64,000 nucleotides of DNA, taken from the IMG/VR virus record IMGVR_UViG_3300045988_159685, one strand, 5' to 3'. The translations under genes and the position numbers were made by a program. The first letter of the stretch is position 1, and each line of letters opens with the position of its first letter. Below the pieces are notes generated by a model. It saw only the letters and a list, made by a program, of their open reading frames with translations, had not been told where the DNA came from and did no database searches. Source of the stretch: a virus. Shown here piece after piece: positions 18,414 to 28,406 of the stretch.

Positions 18414-21400
18414 CTAAATCACCACCTTTTTATAAGAATTAATCCACCACTCCACGGTACCTGGAATGGCTATATACTTGCCGTCATCAAATCGAGTTTT
18501 ATTTTTCTTTTCAAATCTATCAATTTTAATTAAATCCTTTTCGGCAATTTTGTTGTATTCAAAGATTTTCTTCTTTAGTTTTGCCTGTGTAATCTGCCCT
18601 TTAGAAAGCGAATACATTGTAACCAACGGTGAATAACGTGTATTTATATCTAAAATATAAACCACCTTATCTAGCTTTGGATTTACATAGTCAACATATC
18701 CCAAAAGTTCATACTCGGTATCCATCCTCTCTTTGAGTGTAAACTCACATGGAGTGACAAAATCTGCGGTCTCAATTATAAACTTATTTATGTCTACATT
18801 TGAAAACTGCTTTGCCGTTTCCTTGCCTGCACATGCACTTGCAACTTTTAATTGCTGTTCATTTAGCTCTGCCTTTTTTAGCGTACTTCGTTTTCTTAAA
18901 GAGTAATAATACTCGCAGGTCGCAAGTAGTTTCCCTACTTCTCCAAATTCTTTAAAGTAGTCAAGCTTAATTAATATGTCGATAGCGCCTCTTCCAATTT
19001 TCAATTCGTATAGGTCAACAAGAAGTTCGGCAAAGTTGACATATTTTTTATCTTTAAGAGTGTACAAGTTGTCGCCAATACCTTGACCTAATCCTTTAAC
19101 CGACATTAACCCTTTATAAATTGAATTTGTATCACGGTCGCAGAAATATTTATCTTTTGACTTTCTAAATTTTATGCCGCAGAGCTTAATACCTCTCTTG
19201 CGCACGCAGTTTGTTATTGATATTGTCTTTTCAATATCGTCGTCGAATGCGTTGAGTTCCGCTGTTAGAAATTCTAACGGATAATAATGCCGCAGATATC
19301 CGCAAATATAACCTATCCATGAATATGGTTTTGCATGGTTTTCAGAGAAAAGATATTCCGAAGCATCCTTAATAACTTGTAGAAAGTTTACGATAAGTTC
19401 CTCGCTCTTTTCTTCGGTGGTGTTATATTTTTCTTTCATGGTTTTTATGAATCCTGCTTTGATATCTGGAATAAACTTTTCAGTACCTGTTTTCTTTGCA
19501 AAACCACGTCGAACAATATCGGCTTGACCCATTGAATAACCACAAAATCTATGAAGAAACTCTATAACTTGCTCTTGATAAACTAAGAACCCAAGCGTTG
19601 GATTCAACATTTCATTCAGTGCTTCATGACCATTATCATGGAATATTCCTTTAGCCAAATCATTTCTGTAAGATGCGCCCGCTGGTCTAATAGCTCCATT
19701 GCCAACAGAAAGCAAATCCATATACGTCATATTCGGGTTTACTTCTTTGATTCGTTTAATTGTTTCGTCGCTAAAAAGTTGTTTTAAATACCTAGAAGCC
19801 GACTCAGACTCCCATTGGAATATACAAGTTGTATCATCTCTGATGTCTTTCCAAACCTCGATATCGTCTGGTGTATTGTTAGGGTTTAATCTTTCGATGT
19901 GTGCCAAATCGCAAGCTTCATTAATCGCGCCGATATTATCAAGTCTAAGCAAATCAAGCTTAACAAAGTTTAGCGATTCAACTTCTTTCATATTAATCTG
20001 TGATATAGGATATTCGTCGGTACTACTTGTAAAAGTTCCAAACCAATCATTAAGTGGAAATGGCGAAACCACAACACCTGCTGGATGATTCCCCACGGAT
20101 ACTATAGTACCGCTAATCGACTCCGCCCATCTAAACAACTCTGGATATTCTTCTTTTAGTTTTTCGTAATCAGTATCAAGTCTTTTGCATATGTCAGCCA
20201 CTGTATCAAGAGGTATTTCTAAAGCACGACCAACATCACGAATTGCACCTTTTAAAGCCACGGTGTTAAAAGTAATTATATCACAACAGAATAATTTTTC
20301 TTTGTTGTAGAGGTAATCCTTTACCTTTGGAATATCTTTCTCATAAAAGTCTGTGTCGATATCAGCCAAAGAAACACGTTCGACATTCATAAACCTTGAG
20401 AAGTTTAAATGCTCCTTTATACTATCAATATCGGTAATGTGTAAACAATACGCAACGATACTTCCTGAGACGCTGCCTCTTGCGGGGCCATAACCGATGC
20501 CGATTTCACGACAATGACGTTTGTAGTCTTCGTCAAGCAACATAAAATCTATCGCATTATTATGTTTGAATGTTTCAATTTCTTCCTTAATTCTTTGAAT
20601 GTACTCATCATAGTTGTCATATTTATCAATACCACGTTCTTTGATGCCCTGATAAATTTTTTGTTTAAAAACCTTTTCGGGATCGTCATATAAATCTGGA
20701 TACTTATATCCCTTATCAAGAGTGAACGGTTCAATCATATCGGAGAGAACATTGGTATTTTCAATGGCTTCAAGATAAACATTCGGAGGTAAAGCACCCT
20801 GTTTTTCATAAGCCGCACATAACTCGTCGTATGATTTAAAAACGAGGTCACACTGGTCTTCACTTTCAAAATGCACTTTTTTAGCCTTTTGCAATATGGC
20901 TCTACTTGCCGCATGCTCCTCATCAATACTGTGAGTATCAGTTCCCGCAATGAGCGGAACGCCAATTGTTTTAGACAAAAACGCAAGTTCAACGTTGTAG
21001 TCGCATTGTTCAGCAAATGGATGATGCTGTATTTCCAAAAAGCAACGGTTTTTATTATTCTTTAGAAACCCGATAAATCTATCACGCAAGTCTTCATTAG
21101 TACCATGTAGAATACCACCAAGGCAAGCCGAAGTTACAATAATGTTGTCGCTCGTATTAATAAGCTCGTCCATTGTGATTCTTGGTTTAGAATAAAAGTG
21201 TCCGTCCTTTCTATTAAAGGAACTGGACACCAAAGCGTTTAATTCATTTTTGCCATCAAAATTCTTAGCAATAAGAATAACATGATAATTGTCGTTAATT
21301 TTTTCTTCAATGCCTGCGGTAAGATAACATTCACAACCGTGGATATATTTCATGCCCGCTTCTTCAATTGAATTCTTTTTATGAACCCATTCAAAAACCG

Positions 21401-21542
21401 AGCCGTGTTCTGCAAATCCAAAAGCTTTCATGCCAAGTTCTTTCGCCCGATTTACATAATCAATATACTTTGTTGTGCTGTCAATATTTGTTACGCCATT
21501 TGATAAATCAGAGTGAACATGAAACGGGGTATAATTCTTCAG
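18414..21542 (-). CDS. dnaE: DNA polymerase III alpha subunit (DnaE-type, PHP + polymerase core)
   Basis: More than 1000 aa with the PolIIIalpha layout (GPARGSVSGSIVAYCLHITDID, LADIDTDF, FQWES). The PHP motif FHVHSDLSNG lies upstream of the first ATG (21431). The frame is open back to 21554. Start proposed at CTG 21542 or ATT 21545, behind GAGGAGG. Confidence 0.88.
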   Translation of the reverse strand: MKNYTPFHVHSDLSNGVTNIDSTTKYIDYVNRAKELGMKAFGFAEHGSVFEWVHKKNSIEEAGMKYIHGCECYLTAGIEEKINDNYHVILIAKNFDGKNELNALVSSSFNRKDGHFYSKPRITMDELINTSDNIIVTSACLGGILHGTNEDLRDRFIGFLKNNKNRCFLEIQHHPFAEQCDYNVELAFLSKTIGVPLIAGTDTHSIDEEHAASRAILQKAKKVHFESEDQCDLVFKSYDELCAAYEKQGALPPNVYLEAIENTNVLSDMIEPFTLDKGYKYPDLYDDPEKVFKQKIYQGIKERGIDKYDNYDEYIQRIKEEIETFKHNNAIDFMLLDEDYKRHCREIGIGYGPARGSVSGSIVAYCLHITDIDSIKEHLNFSRFMNVERVSLADIDTDFYEKDIPKVKDYLYNKEKLFCCDIITFNTVALKGAIRDVGRALEIPLDTVADICKRLDTDYEKLKEEYPELFRWAESISGTIVSVGNHPAGVVVSPFPLNDWFGTFTSSTDEYPISQINMKEVESLNFVKLDLLRLDNIGAINEACDLAHIERLNPNNTPDDIEVWKDIRDDTTCIFQWESESASRYLKQLFSDETIKRIKEVNPNMTYMDLLSVGNGAIRPAGASYRNDLAKGIFHDNGHEALNEMLNPTLGFLVYQEQVIEFLHRFCGYSMGQADIVRRGFAKKTGTEKFIPDIKAGFIKTMKEKYNTTEEKSEELIVNFLQVIKDASEYLFSENHAKPYSWIGYICGYLRHYYPLEFLTAELNAFDDDIEKTISITNCVRKRGIKLCGIKFRKSKDKYFCDRDTNSIYKGLMSVKGLGQGIGDNLYTLKDKKYVNFAELLVDLYELKIGRGAIDILIKLDYFKEFGEVGKLLATCEYYYSLRKRSTLKKAELNEQQLKVASACAGKETAKQFSNVDINKFIIETADFVTPCEFTLKERMDTEYELLGYVDYVNPKLDKVVYILDINTRYSPLVTMYSLSKGQITQAKLKKKIFEYNKIAEKDLIKIDRFEKKNKTRFDDGKYIAIPGTVEWWINSYKKVVI

Positions 21543-22333
21543 AATAATTCCTCCTCATCAATCGTATAGCAAATGTTTCTAAAGCGACATAAATTGTTAC
21601 AATAAAAATATTGTTCGTTCTTTTGAAATTTATCGGTATCATAAATATTATCTATAACATTCATAGCCCATTCACAAGACTCTTCATAGTCTTCTTTATT
21701 AAAATCTATGATATGTAAATCACCGCTTCGTATAAAGTTCCAACCGATCTTATCTGGATAACGATTGTATAACTTTTTTATCCCCATGCAATAAATGTAT
21801 AGCTGCTTTTTGTAAAAGTCATAATCCTTAATTTTGGCTTTCTTGATACTGCCATTTTTGTTTAGAGGACTTTCGGCAGTCTTATGGTCAAGAACAACCA
21901 GTCGGTCATCGTTGTCGATATATACGAGGTCGATAAAGCCTATAAATTTTTTGCCATGAAAATCACAATCAATCTTTTTTTCAACGCCAACGACACGTTT
22001 TATAGGGAACATTTGTTTGCTGAAATTAGAAAAGTATAAAATACCGATTTGATGCAGTTTTTCGGCTCTTTCCTCATCTCGTGAGCCGTTTAGTATAACG
22101 GATTTGCGGAAAAGTACCTCAAACTGATTTTTCATATTTTCAACAGAACACTTACCTGTAAAGAAGTTTTCAAGGACTTTGTGACAAACTGTACCAAATT
22201 GCCCATAAATATTCTCAATACCTTCTTCGGCGTCAAGATATTTTAATCTCCACTCAAATGGGCATTGAGTGAATGTTTTTAAATTGCTAAAGCTCCAGTT
22301 TAAATCATCAAGAATAAAATCATATCCGTTCAA
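21539..22333 (-). CDS. PD-(D/E)XK Cas4/RecB-like exonuclease with C-terminal Cys cluster
   Basis: N-terminal CPFEWRLKYL, GFIDLVY..VVLDHKT (D..D/ExK) and C-terminal YCNNLCRFRNIC. Confidence 0.78.
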   Translation of the reverse strand: MNGYDFILDDLNWSFSNLKTFTQCPFEWRLKYLDAEEGIENIYGQFGTVCHKVLENFFTGKCSVENMKNQFEVLFRKSVILNGSRDEERAEKLHQIGILYFSNFSKQMFPIKRVVGVEKKIDCDFHGKKFIGFIDLVYIDNDDRLVVLDHKTAESPLNKNGSIKKAKIKDYDFYKKQLYIYCMGIKKLYNRYPDKIGWNFIRSGDLHIIDFNKEDYEESCEWAMNVIDNIYDTDKFQKNEQYFYCNNLCRFRNICYTIDEEELF

Positions 22334-23334
22334 TCAATCACCCTTTCTCTACTGCTATATAGTTCTTCCCATACTTGCAAGCCATTGTCTATCGGGGATT
22401 TCTTTTCACTAGGATCACCAAGCAAATTTTTTGTGTCATTGATATAATAAAGATTAGTAAATCGTGACAACAACTTCATGTTGTCATTATAATAATCCTC
22501 AAGTTTTTTATCTTTATCAAAAGCAATAACCACATCACAATGAAATCCTAATATTAATTTGATCTGTTCGTATGTTAATGCCGAAGTTTCTGCGGCGACT
22601 TGATTTCGCATTCCTAGTTGAAATGCTTTCATACAGGATTTAATGCCCTCAAATATAATCATTTCGCCTTTTTCTTTTACATACTTTTGTGCCTTATTTA
22701 ATTCCTGCAAATAGTCCATACAGCCAACTTTATAGTAATTAATATACTTCGGAATATTTAATTTTTTATATTCCTCATAAATTGTGCGACCCTTTACGTT
22801 TATGAGGTTGCCGTTCAAATCGTATACTGGATAAACAATCCTATCGCGCAATGTATCGTATCGAATGTTATACGCATCAATTGTTTTTGAATTTATACCC
22901 TCTTCCTCCCATAGTTTAATTGGGCGTTTATCGTACAGATTATAAACGCCCATATCAAGTATAGGATGAACAAATGGTTTCGCATGTTTGATTGGTTTGT
23001 ATTCTTTAAATACTTTAATTGTATCAGAGACTTGTTGTCTCACAACAGAAATATTACCAAAGTCGGCTGCCATGTCTACTGCGGTTTGATATGAAGCCTT
23101 ATGAAACATTTGAATAAAGTCGATAAGATCGCCAGTGGCATCGCAACCGAAACAGTGATAACGGTTTTTAGTTGTGTCAATTTTAAACGAAGGCGTCTTT
23201 TCATCATGAAAAGGGCATAGTCCCACAAGCGTTGTACCGACTTGCTTAAGATCTATATATTGTTTTATATAATCCTCTATCCGTATATTTGACTTTATAT
23301 TTGCAATAGTTTCAGGACTTATATCTTTCTTCAT
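22330..23334 (-). CDS. dnaG: DNA primase (DnaG-type: CHC2 zinc finger + TOPRIM)
   Basis: CPFHDEKTPSFKIDTTKNRYHCFGC zinc finger and a TOPRIM-like EGIKSCM..AFDKD. Confidence 0.88.
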   Translation of the reverse strand: MKKDISPETIANIKSNIRIEDYIKQYIDLKQVGTTLVGLCPFHDEKTPSFKIDTTKNRYHCFGCDATGDLIDFIQMFHKASYQTAVDMAADFGNISVVRQQVSDTIKVFKEYKPIKHAKPFVHPILDMGVYNLYDKRPIKLWEEEGINSKTIDAYNIRYDTLRDRIVYPVYDLNGNLINVKGRTIYEEYKKLNIPKYINYYKVGCMDYLQELNKAQKYVKEKGEMIIFEGIKSCMKAFQLGMRNQVAAETSALTYEQIKLILGFHCDVVIAFDKDKKLEDYYNDNMKLLSRFTNLYYINDTKNLLGDPSEKKSPIDNGLQVWEELYSSRERVID

Positions 23335-23345
23335 AATTTCCTCTA

Positions 23346-24683
23346 TTAAAACGGTTCTATAGCTGTGGCATGCTGCTTTTCTGTTTCGTCTATACGCATC
23401 TTTGAACCGTCAAACACAAAGTCTATGTATTCGCTGTCGTCCATTTGCTCGCCAAGTCTGTTTAAAGATATGTTGAGTCTGTAGTTTCCACACTCTTCAC
23501 CATCCATGATAATTTCATCACTTGTTTTATTACGCCATGACATACTTACCGAAGCGTATCTTTCAAGCTTATCAGAATCGGCAACTTGGTTCTGCCTATT
23601 TAACTGACAGGCCGCAAGAACGGCTAACTCCAAAACTCCTGCAACTTCATTTTTTAAGAAATCACAACGACCGCCTAGTTCGTTATACAATGCTGACGAG
23701 TCAAGTGTGTTGCCTTTCATATAATCAAAAATTACAAATTGTAAGCCAATCTTATATTTAAGGATATTACATATTGCATAGATTTCTTCATTGGTAAACT
23801 GCGGATTATAAATATGCACAAATGGCTGTTCCTGTATCCAAGATTTTGCCTCTTCTATCTTGGCACTTTCCTCTTCACTGTAAAGCCCACTTTTAACTTT
23901 CTTTAATTCTACACCTGAAATGTTAGCTATCATTCGTTCTAGGAATAGTCTGTCTGCCATCTCCGTATCAAAATACACAGTTGGGATTCCCATTCTTAAC
24001 TTGTGAATTGCCTCATTCATCATAAAACAACTTTTGCCCATTTTCATTCTCGCTTTTAGCAAAACCAATTCCGTTGTCTCATAGGTGAAATAATTATTGA
24101 TAGTAGGAAATTTTGACGGCAATCCGAACATACCATTGTCTGTACGTCTTTGGAGCACCTCATCCCACAATTCTCCAATCTTATCACCAAAGATTTCAAC
24201 CGAGTTTGTTGCCAAAAACTTCTCAGTAATATCGCCGATGGACTTATATACCTTATTATTAAGTTGTTCTAAGTCTATTTCGTCATTGTAACATTCCCCA
24301 GATAATTTAGATAACAGTCCGTGAAGTTCACGTTTAAAGGCAAACTCCATTACTTTATTAACAAGCATATTGTATTCCGAAGAAGACGATCGTGATATTG
24401 TAGAACTCAGTTCAATAAATTCTTGCATATCTTTTACGTTAAATTTTTCGGTCATACGTTTAACTGCCTGATTGGTATTAATCATACTCTCAATATTAAA
24501 GGCATCTATCTTGTCAATACCCTTTTTATAAAGCTCCTGAATAGCCCAATAAATACATCCGTTTTCTTTATTGTAAAAATGATTTGGCTTCAAATGGTCG
24601 CTTTGCATAATAAATTCGGGATGATGTACAAGTGTGGCAACAATACCACTTTCTGCTTCTTTGTCATAAAGAGCTGTTCTAAT
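23346..24683 (-). CDS. dnaB: Replicative DNA helicase (DnaB family)
   Basis: Walker A ARMKMGKS and RecA-like C-domain. The conserved N-terminal YDKEAESGIVATLV (EAE motif) is encoded upstream of the first ATG (24608). Start proposed at ATT 24683, 8 nt after AAAGGGGG. Confidence 0.88.
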   Translation of the reverse strand: MRTALYDKEAESGIVATLVHHPEFIMQSDHLKPNHFYNKENGCIYWAIQELYKKGIDKIDAFNIESMINTNQAVKRMTEKFNVKDMQEFIELSSTISRSSSSEYNMLVNKVMEFAFKRELHGLLSKLSGECYNDEIDLEQLNNKVYKSIGDITEKFLATNSVEIFGDKIGELWDEVLQRRTDNGMFGLPSKFPTINNYFTYETTELVLLKARMKMGKSCFMMNEAIHKLRMGIPTVYFDTEMADRLFLERMIANISGVELKKVKSGLYSEEESAKIEEAKSWIQEQPFVHIYNPQFTNEEIYAICNILKYKIGLQFVIFDYMKGNTLDSSALYNELGGRCDFLKNEVAGVLELAVLAACQLNRQNQVADSDKLERYASVSMSWRNKTSDEIIMDGEECGNYRLNISLNRLGEQMDDSEYIDFVFDGSKMRIDETEKQHATAIEPF

Positions 24684-24697
24684 ACTGCATACCCCCT

Positions 24698-25171
24698 TTA
24701 CTTAAGAATTTTATTAAAGCCTTTTTTATTTGGCGGCTTTGATTTAAAGGTGGTAGATGATGTCGAGATATTATCATAAGGCAATTTTATAGAAACAGAA
24801 TTTTTCTCATCTTTATATCTATCATACGCTTCCTTGAATCTTCTATCGTTAATCAGATAGTGTAAACCATAAGGTGATTTTATATTCTTTATTTTCATCT
24901 TGAGGTTATATTGTAAAGCAAATAATAGATATCCACTGTCAACGTTCTTATCAAATACTATATTATTAATTGCCCCACGCAACTGTTTGACAACAACAGA
25001 GGGATCTATTATTTCAATATAGAGCTTAATAATTTTGTTTATATTTTCTCGTTCGGCAAAACATTCTCTGTGATAATATAACCCTTTGCTCAATATCATC
25101 TTGTCTGCTGGAAGTTTTTTATCTGCAAATTTACAGTGAGTATATCTGCAACAATAAACTTTCTCTTTCAT
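24698..25171 (-). CDS. Hypothetical protein (Cys/His N-terminus; possible replication accessory)
   Basis: Tiling ORF between the HD hydrolase and dnaB. CCRYTHC..HREC. Confidence 0.5.
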   Translation of the reverse strand: MKEKVYCCRYTHCKFADKKLPADKMILSKGLYYHRECFAERENINKIIKLYIEIIDPSVVVKQLRGAINNIVFDKNVDSGYLLFALQYNLKMKIKNIKSPYGLHYLINDRRFKEAYDRYKDEKNSVSIKLPYDNISTSSTTFKSKPPNKKGFNKILK

Positions 25172-25767
25172 TATTTTTCAACACCAGATTCAAGTAAATA
25201 CGTTGCTTCTAAATCGGCTTCGTGTAATGCTACGACAATAGGGTAATATTCCATAGCTTTACCCAGAGCATTATAGTTTTCTTTTGGTTCCGAAAAACCC
25301 ATATGCCAACGTATTGCATATTTTTCTTCTGCTGTCAACTTCATAAACTCCATAATCATCATTACCGACTTTTCACCGTGTCCATATGGGTTCTTGTCGT
25401 CAATAATATAAAACGGATATTTCTCCCATACACCATCTTCGTTTTTACGGTTGCGCATTTCAACAGCATAGAAATTCGCCTTACAAATATCGTGGAGCAA
25501 GGATACAATAATTATAGTGTCTTCTCTCGATAGCGTAGATTTCCAAGTCTCTGTTTGGCTTTTTGCCTTCAACATTTTGTATACATTCATAGAATGCTGT
25601 AGCAGACCGCCTGGGCACGAGGAATGAAATCTTGTGCTTGCAGGCGCAGAAAAGAAATCTGTCTTGAGTTTAAGATAAGCGATCAGTTTATCTATTCCCT
25701 CTCTATGGGTCGATAAAAGCAAACTTTCAAACTCTTGTGCAAGCTCATTATTTATTATTTCTGCCAT
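25171..25767 (-). CDS. HD-domain phosphohydrolase
   Basis: LLQHSMNV .. SLLHDICK (H...HD) .. HMGF. Confidence 0.72.
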   Translation of the reverse strand: MAEIINNELAQEFESLLLSTHREGIDKLIAYLKLKTDFFSAPASTRFHSSCPGGLLQHSMNVYKMLKAKSQTETWKSTLSREDTIIIVSLLHDICKANFYAVEMRNRKNEDGVWEKYPFYIIDDKNPYGHGEKSVMMIMEFMKLTAEEKYAIRWHMGFSEPKENYNALGKAMEYYPIVVALHEADLEATYLLESGVEK

Positions 25768-25836
25768 TTTATTACCTCCTAAAAAAGAAATCAGGTAGTC
25801 TAAATTAATAGACTACCTGTAGTAATGATTATTTGA

Positions 25837-26229
25837 TTAGAATGGGAGGTCGTCCTCATCGATCTCTTGTGGCTTATCAGCCTGCTTAGATTTATTGACA
25901 GTCTTGTCGGTAGTGTTATTGTTATTACTCTTCGTTCCGTGTTCTAAAATGTCGAAATCAAAAGCCGTAATCTGCATCCACCATTTTGAATTGCCTTCCT
26001 TGTCTTTATAGGAACGATTAGTAAGCTTTGCCTTATTTATATGAATTCTCTGACGGTCTTTTAACTGCTTTGCTTTTTCAAGAGCACCACCAAGAAAAAC
26101 AATGTTCCATGACGAGTTTATGTAATCACCATTCTGGTTTTTCTCGGAAGTCGAGTACCTTGCCCTAACTACCTTTTCTTCAACTTTTGGCTCGAAAACT
26201 GTTCCATAAGATTCTGTAATAAAAATCAT
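25837..26229 (-). CDS. ssb: Single-stranded DNA-binding protein
   Basis: OB-fold-sized N-domain and the classic acidic tail ..EIDEDDLPF at the C-terminus. Confidence 0.7.
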   Translation of the reverse strand: MIFITESYGTVFEPKVEEKVVRARYSTSEKNQNGDYINSSWNIVFLGGALEKAKQLKDRQRIHINKAKLTNRSYKDKEGNSKWWMQITAFDFDILEHGTKSNNNNTTDKTVNKSKQADKPQEIDEDDLPF

Positions 26230-26280
26230 TTGCTAACACTCCTTTATAAAATGTGTTTATTTATAGACAAATGTGTAATA

Positions 26281-26517
26281 TTATACACATTGTTCTAACC
26301 AATAAATTTTATTGAATTTCCAAAGTAATTTACATTTTCGTGCATTTACTTTCTTACAATGTTTTGTTTTAGATTGAAAATTCAAAGCTAATTGTTCTGG
26401 ATATAAAGCTGTAACATATCCTGTATGTGTTTCTCCATTTTTATATGTATATGAAACTAAATCTCTATGTCTAATTCCTAATACATTATCAGTTTTTGCT
26501 TTGGATTTTCTTCTCAT
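26281..26517 (-). CDS. Hypothetical small basic protein
   Basis: [35 protein letters not shown].. Overlaps the end of the LAGLIDADG ORF. Function not recognised. Confidence 0.35.
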   Translation of the reverse strand: MRRKSKAKTDNVLGIRHRDLVSYTYKNGETHTGYVTALYPEQLALNFQSKTKHCKKVNARKCKLLWKFNKIYWLEQCV

Positions 26518-27316
26518 TGGCTTTATTATCCATTTTGAATCGTTCTTTTTTTCTATGCAAAAACAAATCATTGTCTGTCATATCTTTATATATAAAATCG
26601 CCAAACTTGGACACTTCATCTTTCCTAGTAACATATAAAGAATGAGGAATGTCACTTTTACTATTTTTATGATTTGTTTGTACTATTGAATGAACTCTAA
26701 TATTATTTTGTTCCAAAATTTCTTTTAAAGATATTAAAAAATGCTTAGTTCCCATAATGTGAACACAATACCCATTTTTATCTACTGAACCATCTCCATC
26801 AAAATATCCTCTAATAAAATCATTCAAATATTGTTTAGAAATCCATAATGGAAATTCTAATGTCAAACTTTTTCTTTCCGTAAATCCTAAATTGATTAAA
26901 CTGTCATATATTTTTTGATTGCAGATATTTATGGAAACAGAAGTTTGATTTTCATATAATTTATGAGTTGATTTCATATCTAATAGAATGTTTTTCAATA
27001 AATATTTATCATCGTTTTTTATATGAATATTAAAACACTTATTTCCACCACTTGAACATATACAACCATCAGCACACCAAAATCCTAAAACATAAAACAT
27101 ATTTCTACTTTTTTCATTGAAATAATTTTCATTAATATTGTATTTTTTATTTGCAATACCATTACTAGCATATCTATCAATCTTTTTTATCCCCATTTCT
27201 TTTGCCTTACAATTAATAGCATCTCTGTTTCGATGAAATATTTCAACTAAATCATTAGTTGGATAATTAGGATATAACTCTTGTAATAATATTACTTCTT
27301 CCTTTGACCATTTCAT
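26489..27316 (-). CDS. LAGLIDADG homing endonuclease (double-motif) with N-terminal Myb/SANT-like HTH
   Basis: Two LAGLIDADG motifs, [11 protein letters not shown] and [12 protein letters not shown]-terminal [15 protein letters not shown]. Confidence 0.8.
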   Translation of the reverse strand: MKWSKEEVILLQELYPNYPTNDLVEIFHRNRDAINCKAKEMGIKKIDRYASNGIANKKYNINENYFNEKSRNMFYVLGFWCADGCICSSGGNKCFNIHIKNDDKYLLKNILLDMKSTHKLYENQTSVSINICNQKIYDSLINLGFTERKSLTLEFPLWISKQYLNDFIRGYFDGDGSVDKNGYCVHIMGTKHFLISLKEILEQNNIRVHSIVQTNHKNSKSDIPHSLYVTRKDEVSKFGDFIYKDMTDNDLFLHRKKERFKMDNKANEKKIQSKN

Positions 27317-27625
27317 TATTTGTCCTCTAATATTTTTAATTATTAATGCTTTCGCATCACCCTCTAGTTAATTAAACAAGGAAATATTGGTTATCTATGC
27401 AGGACATTAGCATAGTTTCTTGATTGGCACTCACAGAGCATCAGACCGACGAGCACATCTGAAGGTGTGTCTTTAACCTTTTCTCTAACGCAGTTCGTAT
27501 CTGCAACATATCTTTCGATAACAGCAGTCACTGAGGCTTGAAACCTGTTGCTAAGCAAGTGTGAACAAGAAATGTAATCATACATTTGTCCACTTATTTA
27601 CACTTTTGTCTATAAAATAAACCGC

Positions 27626-28273
27626 TTAACAATTAGTCCTTTTAAGTTTTTCAAGTTCGTTATGTAAAGCCTCAGACTCTTCTATTGATTTTATGTGATT
27701 TGGATTACCTGAAGCAATAAACTTTCTAACCGTATCACCGACCATGGTTTTTAATTCACCGCTCTGCTTGCTGATATTGCATGCAAGCTCAAAGTTTGCT
27801 CGGTTCATATCGTTAAGCTGGTTTGTAGCTTCTGGCAAATCCTCACCCTCATATAGATAAAGTCCAAGTCCATGTCTACCACAAGCCTTGGTAATAGAAC
27901 GTTGTACAGCCTTATTTGCATCTGTAGATTTAATATTCTCAGCCTCTATCGCTTTGTTTCTATGATCCATAATAGGAAGTCTTTCTATTGCCTCAATTCC
28001 GTTAATTGTTACGCCTGTTTTTACCCAGCCCGTTTTGCCGTCATCGAACCAAAATCTGCCGTCAGGATTTTCATATACGCAATATGTAGCATCGGGAAAT
28101 TTCTTTTTAACCTCTGCCCAAGCACTTGCCCATGACAAATACGAAAGACCGTTCTTATCTGAGACTTTACTAGACACGTCAATGTCATATAAAGTCTTAA
28201 AATAATTAGTCTTTCTTACGGGCCTTTTCTCAACCGGTACCGGTGTTTCAACTTTTACTATTTCATCACTCAA
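27626..28273 (-). CDS. Sak/Rad52-like single-strand annealing protein
   Basis: LSYLSWASAWAEVKKKFP.., LPIMDHRNKAI.., NKAVQRSITKACGRHGLGLYLYEGEDL match the Rad52/Sak (DUF1071) pattern. Confidence 0.7.
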   Translation of the reverse strand: MSDEIVKVETPVPVEKRPVRKTNYFKTLYDIDVSSKVSDKNGLSYLSWASAWAEVKKKFPDATYCVYENPDGRFWFDDGKTGWVKTGVTINGIEAIERLPIMDHRNKAIEAENIKSTDANKAVQRSITKACGRHGLGLYLYEGEDLPEATNQLNDMNRANFELACNISKQSGELKTMVGDTVRKFIASGNPNHIKSIEESEALHNELEKLKRTNC

Positions 28274-28406
28274 TATCGTTCTCTTCCTTTCGTTTTAGTT
28301 TCCATAAGGGGTGCAAAATTTCTTTTTGCACAAAATAAAAAAGCGACGCAAACCACGTTAATTCACGGTTTACATCGCTATTTTGTTATGTTTGTTGTGT
28401 GACATT

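Noticed and set aside
24681-24695. prfB-like +1 frameshift (AGGGGGUAUG CAG UAU UAG A) to start DnaB from the out-of-frame ATG
   Set aside because: The SD-like element is about 10 nt from the would-be shift site, against about 3 nt in prfB, and is only 1 nt from that ATG. An AUU start with 8-nt spacing is simpler. It cannot be excluded without data.
27391-27585. 64-aa ORF upstream of the LAGLIDADG gene
   Set aside because: The RBS is weak, and the region is GC-richer, hairpin-dense, and shares an intron-core-like 14-mer with nrdD intron 1. I keep it as possible RNA rather than CDS (unresolved).
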